Virus record (IMG/VR): IMGVR_UViG_3300042511_000879
Span: 1-64,000 of that record
DNA length: 64,000 nucleotides
Strand: one strand, 5' to 3'
Under the pieces are notes generated by a model that was not told the DNA's origin, did not search any database, and was given only the letters and a program-made list of their open reading frames with translations. This document shows, piece by piece, positions 1-10,122 of this stretch (within the stretch, counting starts at the first letter, position 1; each line of letters opens with the position of its first letter). Position numbers and translations under genes: made by a program.

Positions 1-1027
1 TTGCTTTTAGAATTCCACCAGGTATCGTATTAAAGTGAAGTAACATTAAGTCTAGATTTTGATTGAATCGCAAACGGATTTCATCAATTGTAGATTTACC
101 AACAACATCATGAATCATATTAACTATAGTTTTAACCTGTTCCTCAGAGAAAAAATGGTCGATGTGGAAGTTACCTTCAATTTCACGATATTTTTCTAGG
201 ATTTGAATTGCCTGTTTTTCAGTTATTGAATAGTTTCGGATAGAACCAGTACTAGTTCTTTTAGTCCATGAAACGACTGATTGAATGTTATCGCTTTTAT
301 CACCTTGTAAGATTTTAGAGAAGATAAAATCATCGCAATTAATCTCTTCTATTTCTACGCCGTTTTTAGCAATCCAACTGATAAAATCACCTTTAAGTTG
401 GTTATTTAGCACATCAGCAGAACCCATGTTAAATAATAAGTCATCATTTGAAATTTCTACCTCATTAGGTTTGTTAATAAGGTTTTCGAAACCTTCGAAT
501 GCTAACAATCTACGCTTAGAATTATAGTACCATAAGGTATATGCATCTGTTGCTTCATTATAATTAACTAATTGAATAAGGTCACGGTCACCTGTCCAAA
601 CAATACAATTTTTACCTTCATTGTTTAACTGTGTCGACCAACCGAATAGAATATCATCTGCTTCTGCACCGGGAACTTTATGAATGATTACACCCTGCTT
701 TGCAAGAATATCTTGGAACTCTGTATAAACATTAAATACATTTTCCCAGTTAACTGAACTATCGGCAACTCTGGTACCTTTATATTCTGCGGTTGGGAAT
801 AGGTCTTTACGCCATGATTTTGAATCGACTGCAACTACGATTTGGTCGACAAAGGGTGTCATCTTTCTGACCTCTGACGCAAAGTCAATACACAATTTTC
901 GCATAAATTGTTCTTGGCCATCTCTGTCTCCTAATAATTGTTCTTTTTTAGGACGTGGAAGTACAAAAAGTCTGCTATGTACGAAATAGTTTCCATCGAT
1001 AATAAGTGTATGTTTTCCTAGTTTCAT
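1..1027 (-). CDS. rnh: RNase H / 5'-3' exonuclease (T4 rnh, FEN-like), runs off the window edge
   Basis: Not in the ORF track; translated by hand from ATG at 1027: MKLGKHTLIIDGNYF...VAVDSKSWRKDLFPTAEYKGTR...GAEADDIL...WTGDRDLIQL, the canonical PIN/FEN acidic motifs. Confidence 0.9.
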   Translation of the reverse strand, partial: MKLGKHTLIIDGNYFVHSRLFVLPRPKKEQLLGDRDGQEQFMRKLCIDFASEVRKMTPFVDQIVVAVDSKSWRKDLFPTAEYKGTRVADSSVNWENVFNVYTEFQDILAKQGVIIHKVPGAEADDILFGWSTQLNNEGKNCIVWTGDRDLIQLVNYNEATDAYTLWYYNSKRRLLAFEGFENLINKPNEVEISNDDLLFNMGSADVLNNQLKGDFISWIAKNGVEIEEINCDDFIFSKILQGDKSDNIQSVVSWTKRTSTGSIRNYSITEKQAIQILEKYREIEGNFHIDHFFSEEQVKTIVNMIHDVVGKSTIDEIRLRFNQNLDLMLLHFNTIPGGILKA

Positions 1028-1095
1028 AGTTCTATAATTTATTTGTAAATATAATCAAAAGTTTTGACACGGGAAAACTTTTATCAATTTATTTT

Positions 1096-2046
1096 TTAAT
1101 TTTTTACAATTTCTTGTATTTTGTACGTGCATGAAAGTAACGTAATAACCGGGTCTATTACCAGGGTTCTTTGAGCCTGGTGTTCTGCAACACAGATTGC
1201 AATTTGTGGAATGTGTCGAGCGTTTTGTGGCTTTTCTGTCTGTATGTATTCGATAAATTCTTGGCCAAGTGTTTGGAGCACATCATCAACTCTATTTGAA
1301 TATTCTCCTACAATATACTTATAATTAGTTACAGGGTCCATTTGATTAAAAATCAGGTCAAACATATCCTTGTAGACTGAGTTAAATTTCTTAACATCAT
1401 CGAGTGTAATATTCTGCGTACCTTGAGTTTTATAACCTTGTAACTTATTAAGAGTTGTTCGAAGGTCTGGAAAGTTTCTTTTAACAAATTCTACCAGGGC
1501 TGGTTTTTCAATTGCCATTCCTTCTTTTCCACAAATATCATAAACCCTTCTAATATATTTCTTAGTCAATTCATTCTCTTCAGATTTATCGAAGTCAAAA
1601 TTGATAACTTCAAACCGTGAAAGAATTGGATCTGGAATTTTATTAACATAATTACAAGTTGCAATAAAACGGGAGTTACTTGCAAACTGCTCCATGGTTG
1701 CACGAAGTGCTTTAAAGAATTGGTCAGATACACCATCAACCTCATCTAATATAACAACCTTAAATTTTCCTTGGTCATCTAGGATTGACATCGTTGAACA
1801 GAAATCAGTGATCCGGGTTCTAATCACGTCGACTGAAGTATCGGTAGATGCATTAATATAAAGGTATGGTAATCCAAATTGATTAACAATAGCCTTTGCA
1901 GTTGAAGTTTTACCAGTACCTGGGCTACCTGCCAATAACATATTCTGTGTTAATCCATTTTCAAATTTCGACATTACACGTTCTGGAAGGATTAAATCTT
2001 CTAGATTTTTAGGACGATATTTTTCTGTAAAAAGTGCTTGAATCAT
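1096..2046 (-). CDS. Clamp loader large subunit (T4 gp44 / RFC-like AAA+)
   Basis: EKYRP N-terminus, Walker A GSPGTGKT, Walker B ILDEVD, sensor ATCNY, ILSRF. Confidence 0.93.
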   Translation of the reverse strand: MIQALFTEKYRPKNLEDLILPERVMSKFENGLTQNMLLAGSPGTGKTSTAKAIVNQFGLPYLYINASTDTSVDVIRTRITDFCSTMSILDDQGKFKVVILDEVDGVSDQFFKALRATMEQFASNSRFIATCNYVNKIPDPILSRFEVINFDFDKSEENELTKKYIRRVYDICGKEGMAIEKPALVEFVKRNFPDLRTTLNKLQGYKTQGTQNITLDDVKKFNSVYKDMFDLIFNQMDPVTNYKYIVGEYSNRVDDVLQTLGQEFIEYIQTEKPQNARHIPQIAICVAEHQAQRTLVIDPVITLLSCTYKIQEIVKN

Positions 2047-2110
2047 TTTTTAGGTTTAAGTTTATAGGTATTATATAAGAAGGTCTCTATAAGTTTCAGA
2101 TAAATATTGT

Positions 2111-2611
2111 ATGGCTTTTAATAACAAATACCCAAAGATTCGTCGTACTGGAGGACCCTATCCAAGGAATAGGTATGGTGTATGTTATGAAGGACTCTCG
2201 CGACAACAGCGTCGATTACTATTAGAGAATCCATTAATGAAAGAAAGGGCTCAATCTGACCAGTTTCTACATATTATCTTTGAGATGTGTAAATATAAAA
2301 ATGATTCGAAGAGGGACAAATATTATTATGATTGGTCTACTGGGGAGCTTATGAAAAGTGAAGAGCTTTCGGATAGTTACGATACAATTGATTGGACTTG
2401 CGCTCTATCTGGAGAACCTATCAGGTCTAATATAAATAACTTTAATGCGGAGAACTTTGTTCATCCTGATTATCACGATACTCTTGGCGGTAAAATGGTG
2501 GATGGTAGAATCCTAAAATCTTCTGTTGCCTTCCAACAGCACGTAAAAAAACTCCTATTGAATCAACAAAAGGAGTTTTTAAATATTGCTAGAAAAAATT
2601 CGAAATTATAG
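2111..2611 (+). CDS. Hypothetical protein (the only convincing plus-strand gene)
   Basis: 166-aa ORF filling the gap between two minus-strand genes, preceded by GATAAATA. Confidence 0.7.
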   Translation: MAFNNKYPKIRRTGGPYPRNRYGVCYEGLSRQQRRLLLENPLMKERAQSDQFLHIIFEMCKYKNDSKRDKYYYDWSTGELMKSEELSDSYDTIDWTCALSGEPIRSNINNFNAENFVHPDYHDTLGGKMVDGRILKSSVAFQQHVKKLLLNQQKEFLNIARKNSKL

Positions 2612-3715
2612 TAATCTAGAGAATCTATCTTTAACACTTAGATTTTGGTATTTAGATTCATTTAAGGTATTTGAATATTCAGCCTTTTTAATTATTGCAT
2701 CATATTTTTGATACAGTATAGTTCCTTCATCTAATTGCCAATCAAACTTAGAACCAATTTCAGATGCTAATTCATTTAAACCAACTGAGTTTGCTCTATT
2801 AACTAAAGATTCTGAGGATTTTTGTTTTAATGTTTCTAATCTTTTCTTTTTACCTGCAATTGCACCTTTTAATAAATCAATGGCTTTAGTATCTTTTGCT
2901 TCTACTGCATCTGCTAAATTCTTTTCATCACCTGTAATTTCATCTTCTAATGCTTTTACCTTTGGATCTTTTTCAGTTTCTTCTGGAGTTTCAGTTTCTT
3001 CTGGAGTTTCAGTATTGTCTTTTTTAGCAGCTTTAGAAGCAGCTGCATCATCATCTAATTTTTTTTGTGCTGCTTTAGCATCATCAGATTTCTTTTGCTC
3101 TTCTTTCTTTTTTTCAATTTCAGCCTTTTTATCATCTTCCGAAGGTTCAAGTTCTTTAATTGCAGCCTGATCTTCTTTGTATTTATTTTGAAGTTCAGTC
3201 ATTTTTTCTTTATAAGATGCTACCTTTTCCGGGTCATCTTCTAATCCTGAAGCTCTTTTAATTGATGCGATTTGACCAGCTATTTTTGCATTATGAAGTG
3301 CCTTTGCAACTAGTTCACCTTTTGCATTAAATTTATCATCAACCATCTTTTGAAGTTCTCCTGCCTGATCTCTTGCAATTTTTGCTTTTGCATTAATTTT
3401 TGCCTTTTGTTCTGCGTCTGGAGCATCTTCGGCCGCTGATTCCATATCAGTGACATTCAATTTTATTTTATTGACTTTTGACTGTGCTTTTATTGCCTTT
3501 GGCATCCACCAAATCCATTGCCAAACTTTGCTTGGACCTTCAGCATCAGCTTCGTTTAATTCATTAAATTCCGGAGAATCAAGTTCTTCAGTTAATTCTT
3601 TAACAAGACTACCTAAAGAATCTATAATTGTATCGACATCTCTAGATAATGATTTAATAGGAGCTGTTGCAACCTCTTCAAGTATACTTGTATACCAATT
3701 TTCAAATGTTTCCAT
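2606..3715 (-). CDS. Hypothetical coiled-coil, Lys/Glu-rich protein, probable head/internal protein
   Basis: Directly downstream of gp23 with its own late-type promoter; TETPEE repeat; LNE motifs. Confidence 0.7.
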   Translation of the reverse strand: METFENWYTSILEEVATAPIKSLSRDVDTIIDSLGSLVKELTEELDSPEFNELNEADAEGPSKVWQWIWWMPKAIKAQSKVNKIKLNVTDMESAAEDAPDAEQKAKINAKAKIARDQAGELQKMVDDKFNAKGELVAKALHNAKIAGQIASIKRASGLEDDPEKVASYKEKMTELQNKYKEDQAAIKELEPSEDDKKAEIEKKKEEQKKSDDAKAAQKKLDDDAAASKAAKKDNTETPEETETPEETEKDPKVKALEDEITGDEKNLADAVEAKDTKAIDLLKGAIAGKKKRLETLKQKSSESLVNRANSVGLNELASEIGSKFDWQLDEGTILYQKYDAIIKKAEYSNTLNESKYQNLSVKDRFSRLL

Positions 3716-3752
3716 ATTTTAATTTATTTTGTTATGATAGATTATATATCAC

Positions 3753-3783
3753 AAAAAAGGGAACTGATTTCTCAGTTCCCTTT
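3753..3783 (-). terminator. Intrinsic terminator after the major capsid gene
   Basis: GGGAACTGA/TCAGTTCCC stem flanked by A/T tracts. Confidence 0.8.
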
Positions 3784-3818
3784 AAGTATAATTAGAATGT
3801 TAGTTCTAATTTAAAATA

Positions 3819-5351
3819 TTAAGCTAATGTTAACAAGTTACCAGTAGCAGTTCCATTAACAGTTACATTGAACTCAACGTATTGAGTTTCAGGGTGGAAT
3901 CCTGCATCAACTAGAGCGAATCTAGATTTAACAGCTACTTTAGGAGCCATAGTTCCTTCAGCAATTGCTTGAACTGATTCAGCCATTAAGTAAGGCATGA
4001 ATACGATACCAGGTCCGTTTCCGTCTCCTTTTCTACCAACTGCGATTGAATAATCGTACCAGTCCATTGTAGGGTCAGTATAAATGTTAATTCCAGCAAC
4101 AGATCCTAATGGGTAGATAGCTCCAGCAGCTTGTGCGAAAGTATTTGCCATTGGGTTTGCAACGAAACCAGCGATTGATTGTAAAACTGTAGCAGTTTGT
4201 GGTCCACATACTGCGAAGTTACCAGCACCTCTTCTACCTCTGTTAGCGATCAAGTTAGCAGAAGCTAAGATTTGAGAAAGGATTCTTCTGTGAACAGAAG
4301 GTAAAGTTTCTCCACCAGCTAATGCAGATGCAAGAGGTAAGTTTAAGTCAAATGCATTAGCACTGAATGCTCTAGTAACGTTAAGAGCACCTAATGTTCT
4401 GATTCTTCCTAAGATGTATTGGTTAATACCTTGAGTTAATTCATTAGTTAAAACAGCTTCAACTTGAGCAACAGCATCAACTCCGAATTGTTTTAAATCT
4501 TGAACTTGTTCTCTTGTAACGGCAGCAGCAACTTGGAAAGTTTCAGCTGTAACGCTTTTAGAGAATAAAGATAATCCCATGATTTTATCTGGAGTTTGTT
4601 CTCCAGCTTCTCTTGAGAATGGAGTACCAGATGCATTAGAAGCAGCGAATCCTTTAACGTGATCCTCTAAAGCTTTAACTAATTCTACATCAGTCGCAGT
4701 ACATGCATGTGTTAAACCAACAAATGCTAATTTAATATCGTCATTAACGTTAGCGTTAGCAGCGTCAATAGAATTTACTTTAAAAATCATTTTACCATCA
4801 ATTCTAGAAGTTCCTATTAAAGTATAAGAACCATAAGTTCCACCAACAGCTACAATAGTATCATCAGCAAGTGCTTGAATTTCAGCTAATGCAGTTGCAA
4901 ACGTACCAGTTGCAAGACCTACTTTAACATAAGTTGGAGCAGTAGTAGCAGTTACACCATTAAGACCGATTTTACCACCTTCGTAAACAAAGTCTAAGTA
5001 AGACAATAATCCCATTGGACCAGCCATAGGAACTACTGGTACTAAGTCAAGACCGATAGTTTGAGCAGCAACTTGCATTGCTAAAGGAAGTAAAGAAGGA
5101 GCTTTATCACCAGAACCTTTAGTAGTAGACATACCACCTGAGAAAGTATTACCTGGTAAAGTTGTAGCACCCATACCAAAGATGTTACCAGCAGTACCTA
5201 AAGTCATTTGAGAAGCATCTTCGTATAATTTGTGGTTGTGACAGTATTCTGACATCCAAGCTAATTTGCTTGAATCGTTGATACCTGTCGCAGATTCGAT
5301 AATCGGAGCCCACGTTGCTCTGATTTCTGCTTCATTAATTAAATTTGCCAT
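3819..5351 (-). CDS. Major capsid protein (T4 gp23 family)
   Basis: W.PIIE N-terminus, DLVPVVPMAGPMG, RGRRGAGNFAVC, PGIVFMPY, PKVAVKSRFAL; follows the portal and protease genes. Confidence 0.93.
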   Translation of the reverse strand: MANLINEAEIRATWAPIIESATGINDSSKLAWMSEYCHNHKLYEDASQMTLGTAGNIFGMGATTLPGNTFSGGMSTTKGSGDKAPSLLPLAMQVAAQTIGLDLVPVVPMAGPMGLLSYLDFVYEGGKIGLNGVTATTAPTYVKVGLATGTFATALAEIQALADDTIVAVGGTYGSYTLIGTSRIDGKMIFKVNSIDAANANVNDDIKLAFVGLTHACTATDVELVKALEDHVKGFAASNASGTPFSREAGEQTPDKIMGLSLFSKSVTAETFQVAAAVTREQVQDLKQFGVDAVAQVEAVLTNELTQGINQYILGRIRTLGALNVTRAFSANAFDLNLPLASALAGGETLPSVHRRILSQILASANLIANRGRRGAGNFAVCGPQTATVLQSIAGFVANPMANTFAQAAGAIYPLGSVAGINIYTDPTMDWYDYSIAVGRKGDGNGPGIVFMPYLMAESVQAIAEGTMAPKVAVKSRFALVDAGFHPETQYVEFNVTVNGTATGNLLTLA

Positions 5352-5461
5352 TTGTAAATTTATTTTTTTTTAATGGTTTTATATTTTCGTATATTACGAG
5401 TTTTCGATATAATTTCAGTTTTTTGCTTCTTAACTGAGCATCGAATATGTTTTAATAGTAT

Positions 5462-5469
5462 TATATATC
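5462..5469 (-). promoter_or_regulatory. Late-type promoter GATATATA (representative copy, upstream of gp23)
   Basis: Same motif at 3743, 7458, 11872, 16068, 25228, 42886, 50554, 54964; AATATATA variants at 9488, 35975, 61847, 63942. Confidence 0.7.
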
Positions 5470-5509
5470 CTTGTTTTTTTGGTTTTTTTAAAAAAACCCA
5501 AAAATAATG

Positions 5510-7432
5510 TTATCTGTTAAATCTTTTTGCAATTTCAGCACCTAATTCAGTAGCGTCATAACCTAGCGTTTGAGTTGTTTCAACCACTGATTCATTTACC
5601 ATAGCGATTTTTTCCATTACTGGAGCAACCTCTCTAAGGTCTCTAGTTTGCCAGAAGTTTGCAACTTGGTAAGCTGTTTCTAATTTATGATATTTAGATT
5701 GTGCTACTATTTGGTTTTTCTTACCTTCAGAACATTTAGCCCAAGTATCATGGTATTCAGTTGGCATTAATTTGATAACATTAGGTGTGTTGTTAGTTTC
5801 TACAACTCCTGATAATGAAGTGTTCCATAGAGCTAAAATTTGTCCTTCAGTAAGGTAACCTCTTCCTTCAACTGCGCTTACAACTTTAGATTTTTCTTCA
5901 ATAGTTAATGTATTAAATTCATTTACTTTCTCTTCAGAGATAAATTTAAAGAATGTTGGATTTTCTGATTTTTTAGAATTTACCTTTTCAACAATTGCTT
6001 CTAATTTAGAAGTAATTGAATTTTTGTAAGCTTCCATTTGGTCAACTTGTTTACCAGCAGCTTCTCCTTCACCTTCAAGGTCTAAGTCTTTTTCTACGTC
6101 TTCTGGTTTTCCAGTGATTACATTACCATCAGCATCAACTACATCAACAGTAACATCTTTAGTAGCAGTTTTAATGTCTTCGGCAGGAATTCCTGCTTCA
6201 GTTCCATCATTTGCTTCTGTAATTTCTTTACCAGCAGCATTTCCTTTACCAGCAAGTTTTATGTCTTTTGCAACATCTTCTGGTTTTCCAGTGATTACAT
6301 TACCATCAGCATCAACTACATCTGGAGAAACATCTTCAGTTTCATCTTTAAGAGCTTCAGCTGGAATTCCTGCTTCGTCTTCTAATAATAGGTTAGTATT
6401 AACTGTTTCTGCAACGTATTCTGCGTATTCAGTTACTTTCTCTAAGTTCTCTCTTAAATATTCAGTATATTTAATTAAGTTGTCATAAGAAGTAGAACCT
6501 TCATTGTAAGATTCAGCTAAATAGTTAGTGTAATTTTTGATAGCATCAACGCTTTCAGCGATATGCTCAGAATATTGAATACCTTGATCAACTTTTTCTG
6601 CAAGTGTTTCTGCATATTGAATACCTTGGTCTGCTTTTTCAGCAACGTGTTCTGAATATGCGATTGATTCTTCTAATTTCTTAGCTAAATAATCGGTATA
6701 TTCTTTTAATGATTGTACTTGAGAACTAGTAGACTCTGCTTCTGTTAAAGAATTCATACTTTCTTTAATAGATTTGATTTCTTCAGAAAGATATTTAGAG
6801 TATTTATTAAAATCCTCAGTCGTAATAAATTTAGACTCTGCCATTTTTGTTTCGTTTATATTTTCGATTGATTGTTTTTTGTTTTCTTTATTTATCTCGT
6901 AAATAAATAGGTCGTTTCCTTCATTAACAAAACCATAAGCTTCATTAACTCTTTTCAATTCAGCGTTTTCAAACCCAGGGTCTGCAACTAAATCGTAAGT
7001 AAACAATTGTTTGATTTTTACAGTTCCATTAGATTCAACTGCACCAGCTGCTCTACTTGAAATTTGTAATGGAACTCCAGCATCTACAAGAGCTTTTGCC
7101 TGTCTTCCTGCATCAGTATCTAATAGTCTGATACGTCCTTTAACTTGTTTTGTCTCTGTATCATAAGTAAGTTCTTCAATAATATGTGATACATTTTTTA
7201 AAGAAACATCAAATGTTTGTGGGTGGTCTAATTCACCTAATAGCTTAGATGATTTAATTTTGGCCTGTAGAGCTTCAATTTGCGGTAAGTATTCAGATTC
7301 AGTATAGATTCGGTTATTACGATTTTTCTTATCGATTTCTCCAAAGATACCCTCTAGAACATAAGTCCCACCTTCTTGTTTAAACTCTAATTCCGTTGAC
7401 GATCTTTCTAAGATCAGTAAGTTATTAGTCAT
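5510..7432 (-). CDS. Prohead protease (gp21) fused to a scaffold/core-like domain (gp22-like)
   Basis: N-terminal LEGIF..NRNNRIY, GELDHP, ISSRAAG, TYDLVADPG; long acidic helical repeat C-terminal region. Confidence 0.88.
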   Translation of the reverse strand: MTNNLLILERSSTELEFKQEGGTYVLEGIFGEIDKKNRNNRIYTESEYLPQIEALQAKIKSSKLLGELDHPQTFDVSLKNVSHIIEELTYDTETKQVKGRIRLLDTDAGRQAKALVDAGVPLQISSRAAGAVESNGTVKIKQLFTYDLVADPGFENAELKRVNEAYGFVNEGNDLFIYEINKENKKQSIENINETKMAESKFITTEDFNKYSKYLSEEIKSIKESMNSLTEAESTSSQVQSLKEYTDYLAKKLEESIAYSEHVAEKADQGIQYAETLAEKVDQGIQYSEHIAESVDAIKNYTNYLAESYNEGSTSYDNLIKYTEYLRENLEKVTEYAEYVAETVNTNLLLEDEAGIPAEALKDETEDVSPDVVDADGNVITGKPEDVAKDIKLAGKGNAAGKEITEANDGTEAGIPAEDIKTATKDVTVDVVDADGNVITGKPEDVEKDLDLEGEGEAAGKQVDQMEAYKNSITSKLEAIVEKVNSKKSENPTFFKFISEEKVNEFNTLTIEEKSKVVSAVEGRGYLTEGQILALWNTSLSGVVETNNTPNVIKLMPTEYHDTWAKCSEGKKNQIVAQSKYHKLETAYQVANFWQTRDLREVAPVMEKIAMVNESVVETTQTLGYDATELGAEIAKRFNR

Positions 7433-7502
7433 AATTATTATTTTATTATATTTCTATTATATATCCAGTTAATTTTTGAAGATTTTTAAAAATTTTAAAT
7501 TT

Positions 7503-7853
7503 TTATAGACCGGCTAACGGATCCTCTTCTTCTCCACCTGCATCGCCTTCTGAATCTTTTTCAGCGTCCTTTTCTTTTTGAGCCACTTCTTCTTGATAAT
7601 CGTTAAAAAATTTAACTAGAGTAAACATATCCTCTTCGGTAAACGCTGTATTTCCGTATTCTTTATAGAAATATTCTTTAAATTCTTTTTCACTTTTTGA
7701 GGACAATATAGTCCCTAAAATTTCAGTAGATTTAATTTCTTTTCCTGAGTCAAGAGTTACATCATCAACTACTACTTTTGAATCTTCTCCTGCATCAATT
7801 GCATCTTCTTGAAGAGAGCTAGTAAATTCTTCAAATGTTTTAATTATTTTCAT
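7503..7853 (-). CDS. Small acidic prohead/internal protein with CTS-like leader
   Basis: MKIIKTFEEF leader; lies between portal and protease, the T4 gp67/68 position. Confidence 0.65.
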   Translation of the reverse strand: MKIIKTFEEFTSSLQEDAIDAGEDSKVVVDDVTLDSGKEIKSTEILGTILSSKSEKEFKEYFYKEYGNTAFTEEDMFTLVKFFNDYQEEVAQKEKDAEKDSEGDAGGEEEDPLAGL

Positions 7854-7874
7854 TTTATTTATATTTTTATTTAA

Positions 7875-9464
7875 TTACATTCCCATCATTGGATTTTCCT
7901 CTTCTGGTTCGGCAGCTTTCTTTGCAGCAGTTCTGGCTTTATATGCATCATTAGCTGCTTTATCATCTGGAGAGAGTTTAAGGTATCTATCAACTAAGAA
8001 GTCCATATCAAAATATGGAGTTTCTTCCATTGTCATTGGATCTGTTTTAACCAGTGAATCTTTCATCGTACTAATAAAATCAAGTCGCTTTTGCATGATT
8101 TCCATTGTCTTTAATTCAGAGAACATATTATCCTCATTAAATCTTAGTGCAATTTGAGTTCTAAATCCTGCATCCTCTTTAAATTCTGGAAATTTAAGAC
8201 ACATTTGAATCCAAAGGGGTTTAATCAATATCTCTTGGAATGAACTACGTAAACGATTAATAAATTTACTGAATTTAATCTCATCTCTAATCATACCATC
8301 AGCAGCTAGATTGAAATCTCCACCTCCATCTTCATACATGAATCTATTGTAAGGAATTTTTGAAACTGCTTTAAGTTTATCTGAGAAGTATTTTAATGAT
8401 TCAGTGTCGCTTAATTCTGGACCTTCTCCACCCAAGGTTTCAATCTCAGGTTGTTCTCCATCCTTGCTAGGTAACCAATATTCTTTGTTAAATTGTAACA
8501 TTGGTTTACCGTTAGTTGTAAGAGATGCACTATCCCAATCAAAATCTACAACTTCTTTATAGTTATTCATTAACTGAGCAAGGGATTGCTTTGCTCTTGT
8601 TTTAGATTTACCACCAACTGGTATAATAAATTTCATTCTATAAGATGAATTTGTAACAGCCCAAATAACTCTGGTATGCTCCATAATTCTCATTAAGTTG
8701 AATGCTCTTACAAGTCGCTCAAGGTAAGAAACCCTTGATGCTGTAGTAATCGAAGAGTATGATATGTACACAATCTGTGAATCATACAATTTTCTCTGTT
8801 TAACTGGATCGTCTTTAAACTGAATCCAAACTTTTTTACCATCTTCATGGTTATATCCTGGAACCAATGTGATTGGATCAATTTCTTTAAATCCAATAAC
8901 ATCTGACATTTCAGGATTATAAATAATCTCAAATGATAGATAACCATCAATTAACCATTTTCTAAAAAAATACCATGCTGATTGGTCTAGATTGAATCCA
9001 AAATATTGATAGAGGTCTCTATATGCTTTATTAAGATATTTCTGCACATCTTCAGAAACTTCCATACCGATAATCTCTGGATTGGCCATGAAGTTTTTGC
9101 TATCATACACAATTGACTCATCGCAAAGTATATCTAAGATGTCTTCAATTTCATCATGTTGTGCAAATGCTCTAAGTTCATCTCTTTTACCACGGTATGC
9201 TTGGTCAAAAAATGGAATATTTTTACGCATTGTAGTATCAGCCATCGAAAGGGCTGCAAATGCGCCATACATGTCATCACTATCAAGACCTGTTGGGTTC
9301 ATTTGGCCATAACCAATTGCATCTTCTACCGGTCCGATTGCTTGAGATTGTCTAAGCACCAAATCGTCATAGTACATACCAAAAGAAGATAACTTCTTAA
9401 GAGTACTACTTAGGTTAAAAGGTCGCTTAGTCAATGGACCATTTCTTTGTACAAATCCTGCCAT
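7875..9464 (-). CDS. Portal protein (T4 gp20)
   Basis: FRKWLIDG, SYLERL, MEHTRVIWAV, EYWLP..DG..PEIETLGG, RDEIKFSKFINRLR. Confidence 0.93.
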   Translation of the reverse strand: MAGFVQRNGPLTKRPFNLSSTLKKLSSFGMYYDDLVLRQSQAIGPVEDAIGYGQMNPTGLDSDDMYGAFAALSMADTTMRKNIPFFDQAYRGKRDELRAFAQHDEIEDILDILCDESIVYDSKNFMANPEIIGMEVSEDVQKYLNKAYRDLYQYFGFNLDQSAWYFFRKWLIDGYLSFEIIYNPEMSDVIGFKEIDPITLVPGYNHEDGKKVWIQFKDDPVKQRKLYDSQIVYISYSSITTASRVSYLERLVRAFNLMRIMEHTRVIWAVTNSSYRMKFIIPVGGKSKTRAKQSLAQLMNNYKEVVDFDWDSASLTTNGKPMLQFNKEYWLPSKDGEQPEIETLGGEGPELSDTESLKYFSDKLKAVSKIPYNRFMYEDGGGDFNLAADGMIRDEIKFSKFINRLRSSFQEILIKPLWIQMCLKFPEFKEDAGFRTQIALRFNEDNMFSELKTMEIMQKRLDFISTMKDSLVKTDPMTMEETPYFDMDFLVDRYLKLSPDDKAANDAYKARTAAKKAAEPEEENPMMGM

Positions 9465-9486
9465 TATATTATTATATTAATTTAAG

Positions 9487-10122
9487 TTATATATTCTTTT
9501 TTAAATAGTCATTAAACATTAATCTGACCTTCATTACATTTGTTTTGTTAAAGTCCATAAAATCACATAGTGCTATTTCTGGCCATTTTGAATAACTAAC
9601 AACTGCTTGGTCCCTCTTTCTTGAAGGTATATATTGCCTTAAGGCAAACTCATATCCATCCTTTTTAAGGTATGCTTTGATTCCTTCATAAGTTATCCGG
9701 AGAGGTTTTTCTTTAAGTGCATTATTCTTACTAGGAGTTTCAATTCCTAAAATTTCTGAAATTATGTCTGTTTCTTGTTTATCTACCTTAATATTCATAC
9801 GGGTAAATAATTCATCTAGCAATTTTTCTTTGTAAAGAACCGGCAGTAGGTTTAAATTAATTCCTAAGTCATTATTATTAACTTGTTCAATTGCCAATAC
9901 TACTGGATTTGCATCAAACCATGGAAGTTCTTTCTTGTATTTTGGATCGTATTTAAAAACATAAATCTTTCCAGGTTGAAAACGTGTCCGGGTTATTTTA
10001 GCCTCATTTTGGGTTTTAGATTTAATTCCAGCTTCATACCAATCCATGCATGCCATAGAAGCCTTTACTTTACCTCCAAATTCCTTGCTTAATTCATCTA
10101 TTCTTTGTTTAATGTAACCCAT
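9487..10122 (-). CDS. DNA end protector protein (T4 gp2-like)
   Basis: PGKIYVFKYDPKYKKELPWFDANP..LGINLNLLP motif; adjacent to gp4. Confidence 0.75.
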   Translation of the reverse strand: MGYIKQRIDELSKEFGGKVKASMACMDWYEAGIKSKTQNEAKITRTRFQPGKIYVFKYDPKYKKELPWFDANPVVLAIEQVNNNDLGINLNLLPVLYKEKLLDELFTRMNIKVDKQETDIISEILGIETPSKNNALKEKPLRITYEGIKAYLKKDGYEFALRQYIPSRKRDQAVVSYSKWPEIALCDFMDFNKTNVMKVRLMFNDYLKKNI

